64,000 bases of DNA, taken from NCBI GenBank assembly GCA_001800245.1, contig MGVA01000059.1:1810-65809 (forward strand). The letters run 5' to 3'. Under the pieces are notes generated by a model. That model saw nothing but the letters and a program-made list of their open reading frames with translations. It did no database searches and was not told the DNA's origin. Each line of letters opens with the position of its first letter. Within the stretch, counting starts at the first letter, position 1. Shown one piece after another: positions 18,673-28,261 of the stretch. This DNA is from Elusimicrobia bacterium RIFOXYA12_FULL_51_18 (lineage in GTDB: Bacteria > Elusimicrobiota > Elusimicrobia > Elusimicrobiales > UBA9959). The position numbers were made by a program, and so were the translations under genes.

Positions 18673-19575
18673 ATGAAAATCGGATTAATAGGTTTGGGCC
18701 GTATGGGCTCAAATATAGCAAGAAGGCTTTTGAGAAAAGGCCATAAAGTCGCGGTTTACAACAGGACGCCTGAAAGAACCGAGGCACTTGAAAAAGAAGG
18801 CGCTATCGGCGTCTACAGCCTCGGGGAACTTTCGGATAAACTTGATGCTTTCAAAATAGTATGGCTTATGCTGCCGGCCGGAGGTGTCACCGAAGCTTAT
18901 ATACAAAAATCCACCGCCCTGCTTAAAGCCGGAGATATTCTGATAAACGGCGCCAACAGCCATTACAAGGATTCAATAAAAACCTATAAATTTCTTAAAG
19001 CCGGAAAAATAGGGTTTCTGGACGTTGGCGTCTCCGGCGGTATCCGCGGTCTTGAAAACGGTTACTGTGTCATGGCCGGAGGAGAAAAGCCCGTATTTAA
19101 ACAAATCGAGCCCCTGTTAAAAGATCTCTGCTCCGAAAACGGCTATATGCATTGCGGCGCTCCGGGCGCGGGCCATTTCATGAAAATGGTGCACAACGGT
19201 ATAGAATACGGCATGATGGAAGCTTACGGCGAGGGATTTGAACTTTTAAAAGCCTCCCCCTACGGAGACATAGACCCGGCGGAAGTGTCAAAATTATGGA
19301 ATTCAGGATCCGTCATCCGCTCCTGGCTGCTGGAACTTGCCGGCGAAGCGTTCAAAAAAGATCCCGGTCTTAAGAAGGTAAAAAGTTATGTCGAAGATTC
19401 CGGCGAGGGCCGCTGGAGCGTGGAGGAAGCCGTGCGCCTGGCCGTGCCCGTCCCCGCCATAGCGGCGGCGGTGTTTAAACGCTTTCGCTCCAGGCAACGG
19501 AGCAATTTCTCCGACAAGCTGCTTGCCGCCCTGAGAAAGGAATTCGGCGGCCACGAAGTTAAAAAGAGTCGCTGA
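18673..19575 (+). CDS. gnd: 6-phosphogluconate dehydrogenase (decarboxylating, short ~300-aa type)
   Basis: MKIGLIGLGRMGSNIARRLL Rossmann motif and HNGIEYGMMEAYGEG. Start set at the ATG at 18673, after gggagga. Confidence 0.85.
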   Translation: MKIGLIGLGRMGSNIARRLLRKGHKVAVYNRTPERTEALEKEGAIGVYSLGELSDKLDAFKIVWLMLPAGGVTEAYIQKSTALLKAGDILINGANSHYKDSIKTYKFLKAGKIGFLDVGVSGGIRGLENGYCVMAGGEKPVFKQIEPLLKDLCSENGYMHCGAPGAGHFMKMVHNGIEYGMMEAYGEGFELLKASPYGDIDPAEVSKLWNSGSVIRSWLLELAGEAFKKDPGLKKVKSYVEDSGEGRWSVEEAVRLAVPVPAIAAAVFKRFRSRQRSNFSDKLLAALRKEFGGHEVKKSR

Positions 19576-19619
19576 AGCCCGCGTAAATAATTACCCGGGT
19601 CTCGGAAAGCGAGGCACGA

Positions 19620-21113
19620 ATGCAGGATACCATAGGTTTTTGCCAGGAAACACGCCCGGAAAGTTGCGGCTTTATACTCTTCGGAGCCACGGGACATTTA
19701 TCCTCCGGAAAAATAATACCGGCGCTCTTCGGTCTTTATAAAAAGAAACTTACGCCAAAGGATTTCTACTTTCTTTTCGTGGCCCGCACGGCCATTGAGC
19801 TGGCTGATTTTGAAGAACGCTTAACCGCCGCGATCTCCGGGACGGAAAGCAAACCCGCGCTCCCGGAAATAAAGGGTTTCCTGGAACGGGTGGAATATAT
19901 CCGGGCCGACTACGGAAACGATGATTTTTACCGGCGTCTGGCAAGGCGTCTGGACGAGCTTGACGCTAAATTCAATATCAGAAAAAAGCGGCTGTTTTAC
20001 CTGGCTACGCCGCCGTCGGCTTTTGAGCCCATAACTGAAAAACTAAAGACCAGCGGCCTTCTGGTCGATCCCGGGAACCGCACCGGCTGGTCCCGGGTGA
20101 TAATAGAAAAGCCCTACGGCTCAAGCCTTGAAAGCGCGTATTCGCTTGACACAGGCCTCAAACAAGCGGTATCGGAAGGGCAGATCTATCGTATAGACCA
20201 TTTCACCGGCAAAGAAACGGTGCAGAATGTTCTGGCGCTAAGGGCGGCCAACAGCGTCTTTGACGAAACCTGGAACAACGGTTTCATAGACCATGTGCAG
20301 ATAACTGTTTTTGAAGAGCTGGGGCTTGAGGGCCGGGCTGGTTTTTTCGAGCATATGGGTCTGGCCCGGGACATGATGAGCCATATTTTTCAGCTGGCCG
20401 CCATAACGGCGATGGATCTGCCGGCTTCCTTCAGGGATATGGATTTTAAGAGCGAAAAAAAACGTTTTTTCGAAAGCATAACTGGATTGGACAAGGAATC
20501 AGTATCCCGCCAGGTGGTGCGCGCGCAGTATGAAGGCTATCTTAAAGAACCCGGAGTTGCCGCCGCTTCAACAACCGAAACCTTCCTGGCCTTTAAATTC
20601 CATGTGGACAACGACCGGTGGCGCGGAGTGCCGTTTTATGTGCGAGCCGGGAAAAAAATGGGCGCCAAGAAAACAAAAATAGACCTGATTTATAAAAAGC
20701 CGGCTCATGGCATATTCAAACCCATGGACATAGGCTACCCCAATGTGTTTTCGTTTACGATACAGCCTGAAGAAACAATGGCTTTTACCCTTATCGCCAA
20801 GCATCCGGGGCCTAAACTATGCTTTACCCCGCGCAAGATGGAGCTTAATTACCGTGTGCATCAGGAGGAATTATCCGCTCCCACCGAGTATGAGCGGCTG
20901 CTCATAGAGGCCATGGCCGGAGATCAGACGCTTTTTCTGAGCTCTTTTGAGATGCGTTTTATCTGGGCATTCATTTCCCCCATGCTGGAAACCTGGACCT
21001 GGGATTCCGGTTCCGCGCCTTTGCTCGGTTACCCCGGCGGTTCCGAGGGCCCCGCGGAAGCCCGGGCTTTAATTGAAAAAGACGGGAGGAAATGGCTGTC
21101 GCCCATTTTATGA
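19620..21113 (+). CDS. zwf: Glucose-6-phosphate 1-dehydrogenase
   Basis: FILFGATGHLSSGKIIPAL, EKPYGSSLESA, RIDHFTGKETVQN. Confidence 0.9.
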   Translation: MQDTIGFCQETRPESCGFILFGATGHLSSGKIIPALFGLYKKKLTPKDFYFLFVARTAIELADFEERLTAAISGTESKPALPEIKGFLERVEYIRADYGNDDFYRRLARRLDELDAKFNIRKKRLFYLATPPSAFEPITEKLKTSGLLVDPGNRTGWSRVIIEKPYGSSLESAYSLDTGLKQAVSEGQIYRIDHFTGKETVQNVLALRAANSVFDETWNNGFIDHVQITVFEELGLEGRAGFFEHMGLARDMMSHIFQLAAITAMDLPASFRDMDFKSEKKRFFESITGLDKESVSRQVVRAQYEGYLKEPGVAAASTTETFLAFKFHVDNDRWRGVPFYVRAGKKMGAKKTKIDLIYKKPAHGIFKPMDIGYPNVFSFTIQPEETMAFTLIAKHPGPKLCFTPRKMELNYRVHQEELSAPTEYERLLIEAMAGDQTLFLSSFEMRFIWAFISPMLETWTWDSGSAPLLGYPGGSEGPAEARALIEKDGRKWLSPIL

Positions 21114-21817
21114 TGCGAATAATCAGGCGTTTCAGGGATGAGCGAGCCATGGCGGAAAAAGCCATTAAAATTTTTCGGACGGAATATGGCAAAGCCGTCC
21201 GCAAGAAAGGCTTTTTCAGCGTGGTATTATCCGGTGGGAAATCGCCGCGCCGCTTTTTAAAAATATTAAGCGCGCAAAAAGGTCTGAACTGGAATAAAAT
21301 ATATTTTTTTTTCACCGATGAAAGGCTGGAGGGCCGGAACCTCAAGCATAGTAATTTCAGGGCCGCAGATACGCTTTTGTTTTCAAAAACGGACACCCCC
21401 CGCTCCAATATCTTCCCTATCCCGGTCTCTTCGGACTCCAGCAAGGCCGCCGAGGCCTATGAAAGTGCGATCCGATCTTTTTTCGGCGGGGGTGCGGTGG
21501 GTTTCGATGTGGTTTTTTTAGGCCTTGGCTCGGACGGGCACGCAGCTTCTCTTTTTCCGGGCGGTTCCGCGCTCCGCGAGAAAAAAAAGCTCGCCGCCGC
21601 GGTGACAGCGCCGGCTTACGTCAAACCCCGCAAACGCGTCACACTCACCCTGAAAGCGCTTAATTCCGCCAAAACGGCCGTCTTTCTGGTGTCTGGAAAA
21701 GAAAAAAAAGAAATTTTCACCGCCTTCGCCTCCGGCAAAAAAAATCTGCCGGCATTAAAAATCAAACCGGCGGGAAAACTTTATTTGCTGCACGCCGTCA
21801 ATGCCGCTGATTATTGA
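21092..21817 (+). CDS. pgl: 6-phosphogluconolactonase
   Basis: VLSGGKSPRRF, FFTDERLEG, LGLGSDGHAASLFPG. The start is ambiguous: 21092, or the ATGATG at 21110-21115 overlapping the zwf stop. Confidence 0.85.
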   Translation: MAVAHFMMRIIRRFRDERAMAEKAIKIFRTEYGKAVRKKGFFSVVLSGGKSPRRFLKILSAQKGLNWNKIYFFFTDERLEGRNLKHSNFRAADTLLFSKTDTPRSNIFPIPVSSDSSKAAEAYESAIRSFFGGGAVGFDVVFLGLGSDGHAASLFPGGSALREKKKLAAAVTAPAYVKPRKRVTLTLKALNSAKTAVFLVSGKEKKEIFTAFASGKKNLPALKIKPAGKLYLLHAVNAADY

Positions 21818-21942
21818 GCCGCATTCAAGTAATTCCCCACAGGGATAAATCGTTTTGTTAAACCTTTCTGAGCGGGAAGGCGTGCGCCGACATGCGAATG
21901 AATGCTTTCCCCCATCCGTCTCCGCTAAATTGCCTGCGGCAT

Positions 21943-24342
21943 CTAATGAGATACTCTTTTAAAAACAATATGACCCGAATCCACGATCTCACCGCTGATT
22001 ACCGGGCTGAACTTGTCTTTGGTTTTAATTACAATTGATGTTTTAGCCTTAGCGTTGCCGTGGAGCAAGCTTTTGATGATACTATTCACCGTCGAAGGCT
22101 TAGGCGGTTGAATCGTGGATGATTTTGCGGCTATTAATTTCCTCGCATTACTCTTAAAGCCGGTATGTTTTTGCGCTTTTCCTTTATGATGATCGACTTT
22201 ATTGGTAATCCATTTTTCTTCCCTGCTGATATCGGTCCATTCGGATTTGGTCCTGGCGGTCATGTTCATGAAATTTGTTAACTGGGGACTATTTTCAACG
22301 GTATGTATCTTAAAACTCTCAGCTTCCAAATTGATGCCGCCGCTAATTTCCAGGATGATGGCATGAGTCGTATTAAAAGCGGCGACCATTTTATTAAAAT
22401 TATCCCCCCTGGTTTGGAAGATTTTTCTCCGGTCACTCATGGCTGCGGCCATTTCGTGGTATCGCTGCGGAACTGTGTTGTCCCCGGCCGCCGCGCCGCT
22501 GGATATTTTGGCCAGGTAATCTTGAAGTTGTTTTTCTTGCGATCTTAATTCCCTTTGCATTTCCATCATGGTATTATTTTCAGCTTCTATCTGCGCCAAT
22601 TCCATGTTCAAATTGCCCGGATCCCGCCTTTTTCTGCCTGCAAACACCGCGAAGGCCTGTAAATCTTTCTGGGACGTCAGAAGCGCTCTCACCGGCTGAT
22701 GGCCCTTGGTTTTTAATATGCGTGAAGCTTCGGCTTGCCAAAAAACATTGTCTTTATTGCGCTCGGCTTTGAAATCCAAAAATTCCGCCAGATCATTATT
22801 AGCCGGGAAATATTCCGCTGTTGATTTATCCAGATCAGGGCTCAAAAAGTAAATGGATAGATTCTCTTTAATATCCCCCATCCGTTTTCCATAGTTCCCC
22901 GGGCGCGGCGACGCCGCGGCAATAAGCTGCGTCCGCTCACGTTCGGTGGTCATCGCCGGTAGTTCAACGGACAAGAGCGCGCCAAGGTCCAGCCAACGTG
23001 GGTTAATCCTGTGCAGCCAGCTGCAGACCGCCATCAGTCGCCCAACGGTTACTAATTCCCGGTATTCAGGAAAGGCGTCCGCATAATAGTCAAAGCGGCT
23101 GTTCAAATCGTCGATATTCTTTCTGATCGCGGGCAATAACAGAGCTTTCTTCTTTTTCTCGAATTCCGCGGAAGACGGAAAGTCGTCCCGGCTGCGCTCG
23201 GCATCCGCTAAAAAGTGAGGGTTTATTATTCTGGCAAAATGTTTAGTCGCATCGGTTTGAACTTCAATGGAATCAGGATAAAACCAGAATCTGGTTTTTA
23301 TCCAGTCCGATTTACCATTGGGTGAAAACAGGTCCCTTTCACTGACAGTCAGGAAATCGGGAACATGTTTTCTGGTATCAGACCGGATGTCGTTATAAGT
23401 ATTCGGGTCAAGGCCGCTTGTAATTGTTTTAAAGCGTTTGTCCGCTTCTAAAACTACTTTGCCGACGGCGGTGTCTTCCAGGAATCCGCCAAAGTTCACG
23501 GCCGCCCTGGTAACGTCTTTGTGGGGGTCAAGGCTGATGAACGCTTTGTTGTTTCCGGCATGAAAAACCGCTCTGTAAGCGACAGCCAGATCAGAGAGTC
23601 TCACCCTCTTTCCCGCGAGTGTGGGCGGTGCGGCCGCCCTGGCATAAAATTGCAAACCGGCATTTTCGTTTATGCGCGCCCCTTCCAGTTGCCCGCCCTG
23701 GGCAAAAAAATCGCCAAGGCCGGCAAGATCGAGAGGAACTTTGCCGGCGGGTGTTCCAAAATATGAACCGCTTAATAATGCCGGTACCGGGTTAAGTTTC
23801 AGCGCCAGCGTGCGGTAATCATTTTCAAAGGTGTAAATTTCCACATTAAGCTTCCCCCATCTGGGCGTAAGCGTATTGAGTAAGTGTCTGATCACGGCAT
23901 AGTTTTCAGCGTAAGCTGTCTGGGGGTTTGAGCCCTGCAGAAAAAGCCTGACCGTTTTCCGGTTATCTGTAAAGGCCGACATTTGACCGCTGCGAAACAA
24001 GGCAACCCAGGCGGGCTGTGGCGCCCCGGCCGGATACTTTGCGGCGACATCAGCAAAAGGCGAGTCTTCATTGTTGACAAGTTCGACAGTATATTCCAGA
24101 AGAGTCGAATACCTGTCCAATAAGGGCTGTAAGGCCCCCTTTAAACCGCCGCTGCTCAGCGCAGAACCCAAAGTCTGTCCGGTTCGAATAATAGCGCTCT
24201 TGTCCACCAGATCGCTATAATCAACATTAAGCCATTGGGTAGAACGAAGCGGCGCCGAGGCCATTACCATGGGAAAAAACATCAACAGAACAGCTGATAT
24301 CCCCAAGGCCCTGGGAATTGATCCGAACCGGATAGCTTTCAT
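21943..24342 (-). CDS. Large hypothetical secreted protein with a central coiled coil
   Basis: 799 aa. Signal-peptide-like N-terminus and a coiled-coil stretch NLNMELAQIEAENNTMMEMQRELRSQEKQLQDYL. No family recognised. Confidence 0.6.
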   Translation of the reverse strand: MKAIRFGSIPRALGISAVLLMFFPMVMASAPLRSTQWLNVDYSDLVDKSAIIRTGQTLGSALSSGGLKGALQPLLDRYSTLLEYTVELVNNEDSPFADVAAKYPAGAPQPAWVALFRSGQMSAFTDNRKTVRLFLQGSNPQTAYAENYAVIRHLLNTLTPRWGKLNVEIYTFENDYRTLALKLNPVPALLSGSYFGTPAGKVPLDLAGLGDFFAQGGQLEGARINENAGLQFYARAAAPPTLAGKRVRLSDLAVAYRAVFHAGNNKAFISLDPHKDVTRAAVNFGGFLEDTAVGKVVLEADKRFKTITSGLDPNTYNDIRSDTRKHVPDFLTVSERDLFSPNGKSDWIKTRFWFYPDSIEVQTDATKHFARIINPHFLADAERSRDDFPSSAEFEKKKKALLLPAIRKNIDDLNSRFDYYADAFPEYRELVTVGRLMAVCSWLHRINPRWLDLGALLSVELPAMTTERERTQLIAAASPRPGNYGKRMGDIKENLSIYFLSPDLDKSTAEYFPANNDLAEFLDFKAERNKDNVFWQAEASRILKTKGHQPVRALLTSQKDLQAFAVFAGRKRRDPGNLNMELAQIEAENNTMMEMQRELRSQEKQLQDYLAKISSGAAAGDNTVPQRYHEMAAAMSDRRKIFQTRGDNFNKMVAAFNTTHAIILEISGGINLEAESFKIHTVENSPQLTNFMNMTARTKSEWTDISREEKWITNKVDHHKGKAQKHTGFKSNARKLIAAKSSTIQPPKPSTVNSIIKSLLHGNAKAKTSIVIKTKDKFSPVISGEIVDSGHIVFKRVSH

Positions 24343-24371
24343 AGTTGAAGTATCATTCTACACCATATTGA

Positions 24372-24424
24372 CCTGAAAAATGCGGGCATTTTCCCCCTTC
24401 GCAGTGCTCAGGGGCCGCTTCGCG
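24372..24424 (-). repeat. Intergenic hairpin motif, copy B
   Basis: 53 nt sharing conserved blocks with 15682..15734. It lies 29-82 nt upstream of the ATG at 24342. Confidence 0.6.
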
Positions 24425-24556
24425 ACGGATACTAACTTTTAATCATACGCTGGCGAGTAAGTCCGGTTGGTTGCTTTACCGGCGTATGCGGCGGTTTTGC
24501 CTCGACTGAGGTAATTGCGGTATAATTTATTTGCGTTTGAACAAGCAGATATCCGC

Positions 24557-24710
24557 ATGACCGAACAAAACAACACCATTACTATCTTATGACAACACCG
24601 CTAACCCCGCACCGCTCGGTCTGCTCGGTTTCGGAATGACTACAATTGTCCTAAACCTGCACTGCACAACGCCGGCTTATACTCATAATTCCGCCAAACC
24701 GTCTAGTTGA
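24557..24710 (+). pseudogene. Remnant of a satP/yaaH (GPR1/FUN34/YaaH family) acetate/succinate channel gene, N-terminal ~35 codons only
   Basis: From 24600 one frame reads [21 protein letters not shown], the family N-terminal signature. A tandem tgcac/tgcac duplication at 24658-24667 shifts the frame before HNAG, and stops follow. There is no in-frame ATG. Confidence 0.55.
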
Positions 24711-24752
24711 GAATTTTAAACCCAGGCATGGTCTAGTTTTAGGGACAAGGTT

Positions 24753-26027
24753 ATGTTGAACATCTCAAATCTCCAGAAATTGATTTCCGGATTCCTTGCC
24801 CGTTCCCAATACAAAGTGGCGGAAAGGATTTTAGGTCATGCAATTTGCAAAACACCTCAGGATTCGCTGCTACGTTACCTTGCCTTTAAAATCGCTTTTG
24901 CTTCTGGCGGAGATAACCGTAAACATCTAAATGAGCTGCTGGATCTGCGGCAGAATGATGAGTTTACCCTTTACAGGCAGTTCTGCGCACTGATGATTAT
25001 GGGGGAATATGAAAAGGCTTTTAGCAAGGCGGAAGAACTTAGCTTAAAGTGGGTGCGCATCGGAGTGGGCGAAATGCTCAACCCGGCGGGTGAAGACCTC
25101 GGGTTAGCACTTGGGAACACCGGGATCAGGATCTGGGCTGAAAAAACGCTAAAGAGTTTTAATAAATGCCCTTCCAGAATAAAAAGAACGCTATGGTATA
25201 TTTTTTTTAAGGCAATACTTCTTGATTCTTTGAACAAAGAAAAAGCCCATAACCTTATGGAAGGGTTTTGCGTAACTGATATACGGCGTTATGGCTGGAT
25301 GCTTTATCACTTGGGCCGCCTGAGGCTGTTTTTTGGTCTTACCCGGAAAGCGTTAAATGCGTTCGATTCTGCGTTAAAGTCTAAGCCTGGCGACTGGCTG
25401 GTACTTTGTATGAGAGCGGAGTGCCTGGCCAGTTTGGGAAACTACAAGGCGGCATATAAGGATTTTAAAACAGCCGTTTGCGGCAACCCACACGCGCTTG
25501 CCCAGATAAAGGCCTGGGAAGGAGAGATTTTACTTTGGGATGGCCGATATGAGGAAGCTTTAAAAAATATTGATGGTGTTTTACTGACGTGCCCCAGGTT
25601 CGCGTACTCGTGGCGCGGGATAGCTAATCATAAACTCGGTAACTTGAAATCTGCGCTGGACGATCTGGAAACAGCTTTAAATTATGATCCGCACGATTTA
25701 GAAGCCTTGGTTTACCGTGCGGAGATCGCAAGGCTGGAGAAAGATTATGTCCTGGCCGAACGGCTGATAAAAAGGGTTCTTAAGGAAAATGCCGTCTATT
25801 TTTGGGCGCTTGCAAATCTTGCGCTTTTAAAATTTGCGCAAGGTAAATATGGCGAATGTGTGAATAATTACAAGAAAGCGAGGCTCCGCCTTAAACCCCT
25901 GATATCCAAAAGTCTGAAAAAAGAAGAGCGCGTTGCCGCGGCGGTTAAGACGCTTGAAAAATGGTTTTTGCTTGCTAAAGGGAACCGCAGAAATGAGTTG
26001 CATTGCCTTAAAAACTGGCTTAATTGA
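24753..26027 (+). CDS. TPR-repeat protein
   Basis: 424 aa with repeated A/Y/L 34-residue patterns (GNYKAAYKDFKTAV, GRYEEALKNIDGVL, GNLKSALDDLETAL, KDYVLAERLIKRVL, GKYGECVNNYKKA). Confidence 0.75.
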   Translation: MLNISNLQKLISGFLARSQYKVAERILGHAICKTPQDSLLRYLAFKIAFASGGDNRKHLNELLDLRQNDEFTLYRQFCALMIMGEYEKAFSKAEELSLKWVRIGVGEMLNPAGEDLGLALGNTGIRIWAEKTLKSFNKCPSRIKRTLWYIFFKAILLDSLNKEKAHNLMEGFCVTDIRRYGWMLYHLGRLRLFFGLTRKALNAFDSALKSKPGDWLVLCMRAECLASLGNYKAAYKDFKTAVCGNPHALAQIKAWEGEILLWDGRYEEALKNIDGVLLTCPRFAYSWRGIANHKLGNLKSALDDLETALNYDPHDLEALVYRAEIARLEKDYVLAERLIKRVLKENAVYFWALANLALLKFAQGKYGECVNNYKKARLRLKPLISKSLKKEERVAAAVKTLEKWFLLAKGNRRNELHCLKNWLN

Positions 26028-26323
26028 AGAGGAATAATGCGGCTGGACTTCTTTGGGGAACCGTTCTTCTACGGCAAATATCAAACAGCGTACGGCCTAA
26101 AATGGTGTTCGGATTTGTGCTCGGTTTGACGCTGTGATGACCGGCGAGCTTTTCTAGGGTTTACTGCTGTCTACTTTCGCCCCGATATCTACGGCTCTTG
26201 GTTTTGCAAAGAACGGAGCCCAGGTCTGCATTTAATAACTCTCATATTTACGGCTAAAAAGGTAAAATAGTATTATAACACCAAGTTGTGCAAGCGAAAT
26301 TCTACGGACAAATAAGGAGAATT

Positions 26324-27433
26324 ATGAATAAATTCATATTTACAGCCCTGGTGACTGTACTGCTGTTCAACGGCTCAGCCGCCATTCGTGCCGAGGAAAC
26401 AATGGTTTCAAAATACAAAACCACATTTTACGGCCAGGTAAAAACCGACGTAGTATATGACGAACATGGCGTCACCGGCGACGATTACATGCAGTATGTC
26501 GTTTCCAAGCACGATAATGAGCGGGACTTCAGGATGAGCGCCCGCGGCACCCGCCTTGGCTTCGACATAACGGACGGGGCAAACGTCTCGGGAAAGATTG
26601 AAACGGATTTCATCGGGCTTAGCGAAAGCGTCGGCGGAACTGCCGGATCCACCACCGATCTGCGGCTCAGGCACGCTTATGTGAATGTCAAGGCCGGGAA
26701 ATTAGAAATTCTGGCCGGGCAGACCTGGCACCTGCTGCCCCTTGAGTTTTCCGGGACCAATAATGAATTCGCGCTTGGCTACAGCGGCGTGCTTTGGTTC
26801 CGCGCCCCGCAGCTGCGCGTCACCTATAAACGCAGCGACCGCCTGACCTACGCCCTGGCCGTGGTCCGGCCCACGCGCAAATTGACCGACTCCGAAGGCA
26901 CAGCTTCAGGCTTTCCGCAGGTTCAGGCTCAGGCGCAGCTCAAGGCGGGCACGGCCAAGTTCACGCTTATGGGCGCCGTGGGACAGTGGCGCAATACGAC
27001 TACGGGTCAAAGGGGCGACATCACGCTCGCTGATCTCGGTTACAATATCCCCCTCAACTCCCTGGTTACGCTTAACGGCCAGCTCTGGACCGGACGGAAC
27101 CTTTATGACTTCCTGGGCGGCATCGGCAACATGGGGTATGGCTCCGACGAGGTTAAAGCTTCCGGCGGGTTCGCCAATATTAATGTTAAACCGGAGGGGA
27201 AATTTTCTTACAACGCGGCATACGGCATAGACGATCCGGTCAACAAAAAGATAGCGGCGGCGGCCACGGCAAAGACCAAGAACATGACCATGCTGGCCAA
27301 CGTGGTCTATCTCTATGACAAGGTCACCGTTACGATGGAAGCGGCGCGCCAGATAACCGAATACAAACTGAGCACCGGTTTTAAAACCTTATTCAATATG
27401 CATTATCAGCTCAGCGCTAAATTCCCATTCTAA
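26324..27433 (+). CDS. Outer-membrane beta-barrel porin-like protein
   Basis: Signal peptide MNKFIFTALVTVLLFNGSAAIRA after aaggaga. The sequence alternates amphipathic strands and ends in an aromatic C-terminus ...QLSAKFPF. Confidence 0.6.
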   Translation: MNKFIFTALVTVLLFNGSAAIRAEETMVSKYKTTFYGQVKTDVVYDEHGVTGDDYMQYVVSKHDNERDFRMSARGTRLGFDITDGANVSGKIETDFIGLSESVGGTAGSTTDLRLRHAYVNVKAGKLEILAGQTWHLLPLEFSGTNNEFALGYSGVLWFRAPQLRVTYKRSDRLTYALAVVRPTRKLTDSEGTASGFPQVQAQAQLKAGTAKFTLMGAVGQWRNTTTGQRGDITLADLGYNIPLNSLVTLNGQLWTGRNLYDFLGGIGNMGYGSDEVKASGGFANINVKPEGKFSYNAAYGIDDPVNKKIAAAATAKTKNMTMLANVVYLYDKVTVTMEAARQITEYKLSTGFKTLFNMHYQLSAKFPF

Positions 27434-27464
27434 CCTTCACAGCGCCGCACGTATAACAAAAAAA

Positions 27465-27491
27465 GCCCCGGCTAAAAACCGGGGCTTTTTT
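27465..27491. terminator. Bidirectional rho-independent terminator between convergent genes
   Basis: gccccgg-ctaaaaa-ccggggc stem-loop, flanked by an A-run upstream and tttttt downstream. Confidence 0.8.
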
Positions 27492-27501
27492 CTTACCCTT
27501 C

Positions 27502-28200
27502 TCAGCGGGCGAAATACGAGGACAATATCCGCTTGTGATCGGGAACTTTCCGGGCCGCAAAACCCTCCAGCAGTTCCGCTTCGTCATAGGGGACGGCCTT
27601 GTGCTGTATCGAGGCCTTGCCTTTGTGGAACCTTACAATGGCGTAACGAGCTGCCGGAGTATGCCAGCAGCCCAGGGAGCCGGGGTTTACGTATCGCACA
27701 TTCCCCTTCAGGTCGGAAGCCTTGTGCCTGTGGCCGTGGAAGACCAGCAGCGATGAATGCCTGCCCAGCAGGGCGTCAAGATCGCTGGTTATATGCTCGC
27801 TTATAGGTAGAGAGACCTGCCGGCCGCAGGGTTTTAACGCGTAATGAACGAAGGCCGAGCGCACGCCTTCGAACTCATACTCCGCCAGGTAGGGCCAGGC
27901 GGCGGCCGCGGTTATGTGTTTGCGGGAGATCTGGCCGGACATCCACGCATAATGTTCTTCCAGCCAGCGCGCGGAGCCTTTGGGCGGGCCCGCGCACATC
28001 CAGGCGTCGTGGTTGCCGGTCAGCAGGGTGAGACGAGGAATCTCGCCCAGTAATTCTACGGTTCCAGAGGGCCATGGACCGATGCCGACAGCGTCGCCGG
28101 TGTGGAATGCCGCGTCGTAGCCCTCACGCTTTATCTCGCGGGCAAGGGCTTTCAGGGCCGGAAGGTTGGCGTGTGTGTCGGTAAAAACCACTATTTTCAT
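27502..28200 (-). CDS. Metallophosphoesterase (calcineurin-like, YfcE-type)
   Basis: MKIVVFTDTHAN, GDAVGIG, GNHD, GHRH motifs in the canonical order. Confidence 0.8.
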   Translation of the reverse strand: MKIVVFTDTHANLPALKALAREIKREGYDAAFHTGDAVGIGPWPSGTVELLGEIPRLTLLTGNHDAWMCAGPPKGSARWLEEHYAWMSGQISRKHITAAAAWPYLAEYEFEGVRSAFVHYALKPCGRQVSLPISEHITSDLDALLGRHSSLLVFHGHRHKASDLKGNVRYVNPGSLGCWHTPAARYAIVRFHKGKASIQHKAVPYDEAELLEGFAARKVPDHKRILSSYFAR

Positions 28201-28207
28201 GCTGTCG

Positions 28208-28249
28208 TCAAATAAAAGCGGGAAAGGACTTTCCTTGCCCCTTCCCGCT
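28208..28249 (-). terminator. Rho-independent terminator after actP
   Basis: Minus strand reads agcgggaaggg-gcaaggaaagt-cctttcccgct followed by tttattt (10 of 11 stem pairs). Confidence 0.65.
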
Positions 28250-28261
28250 GTGTAATGATCG

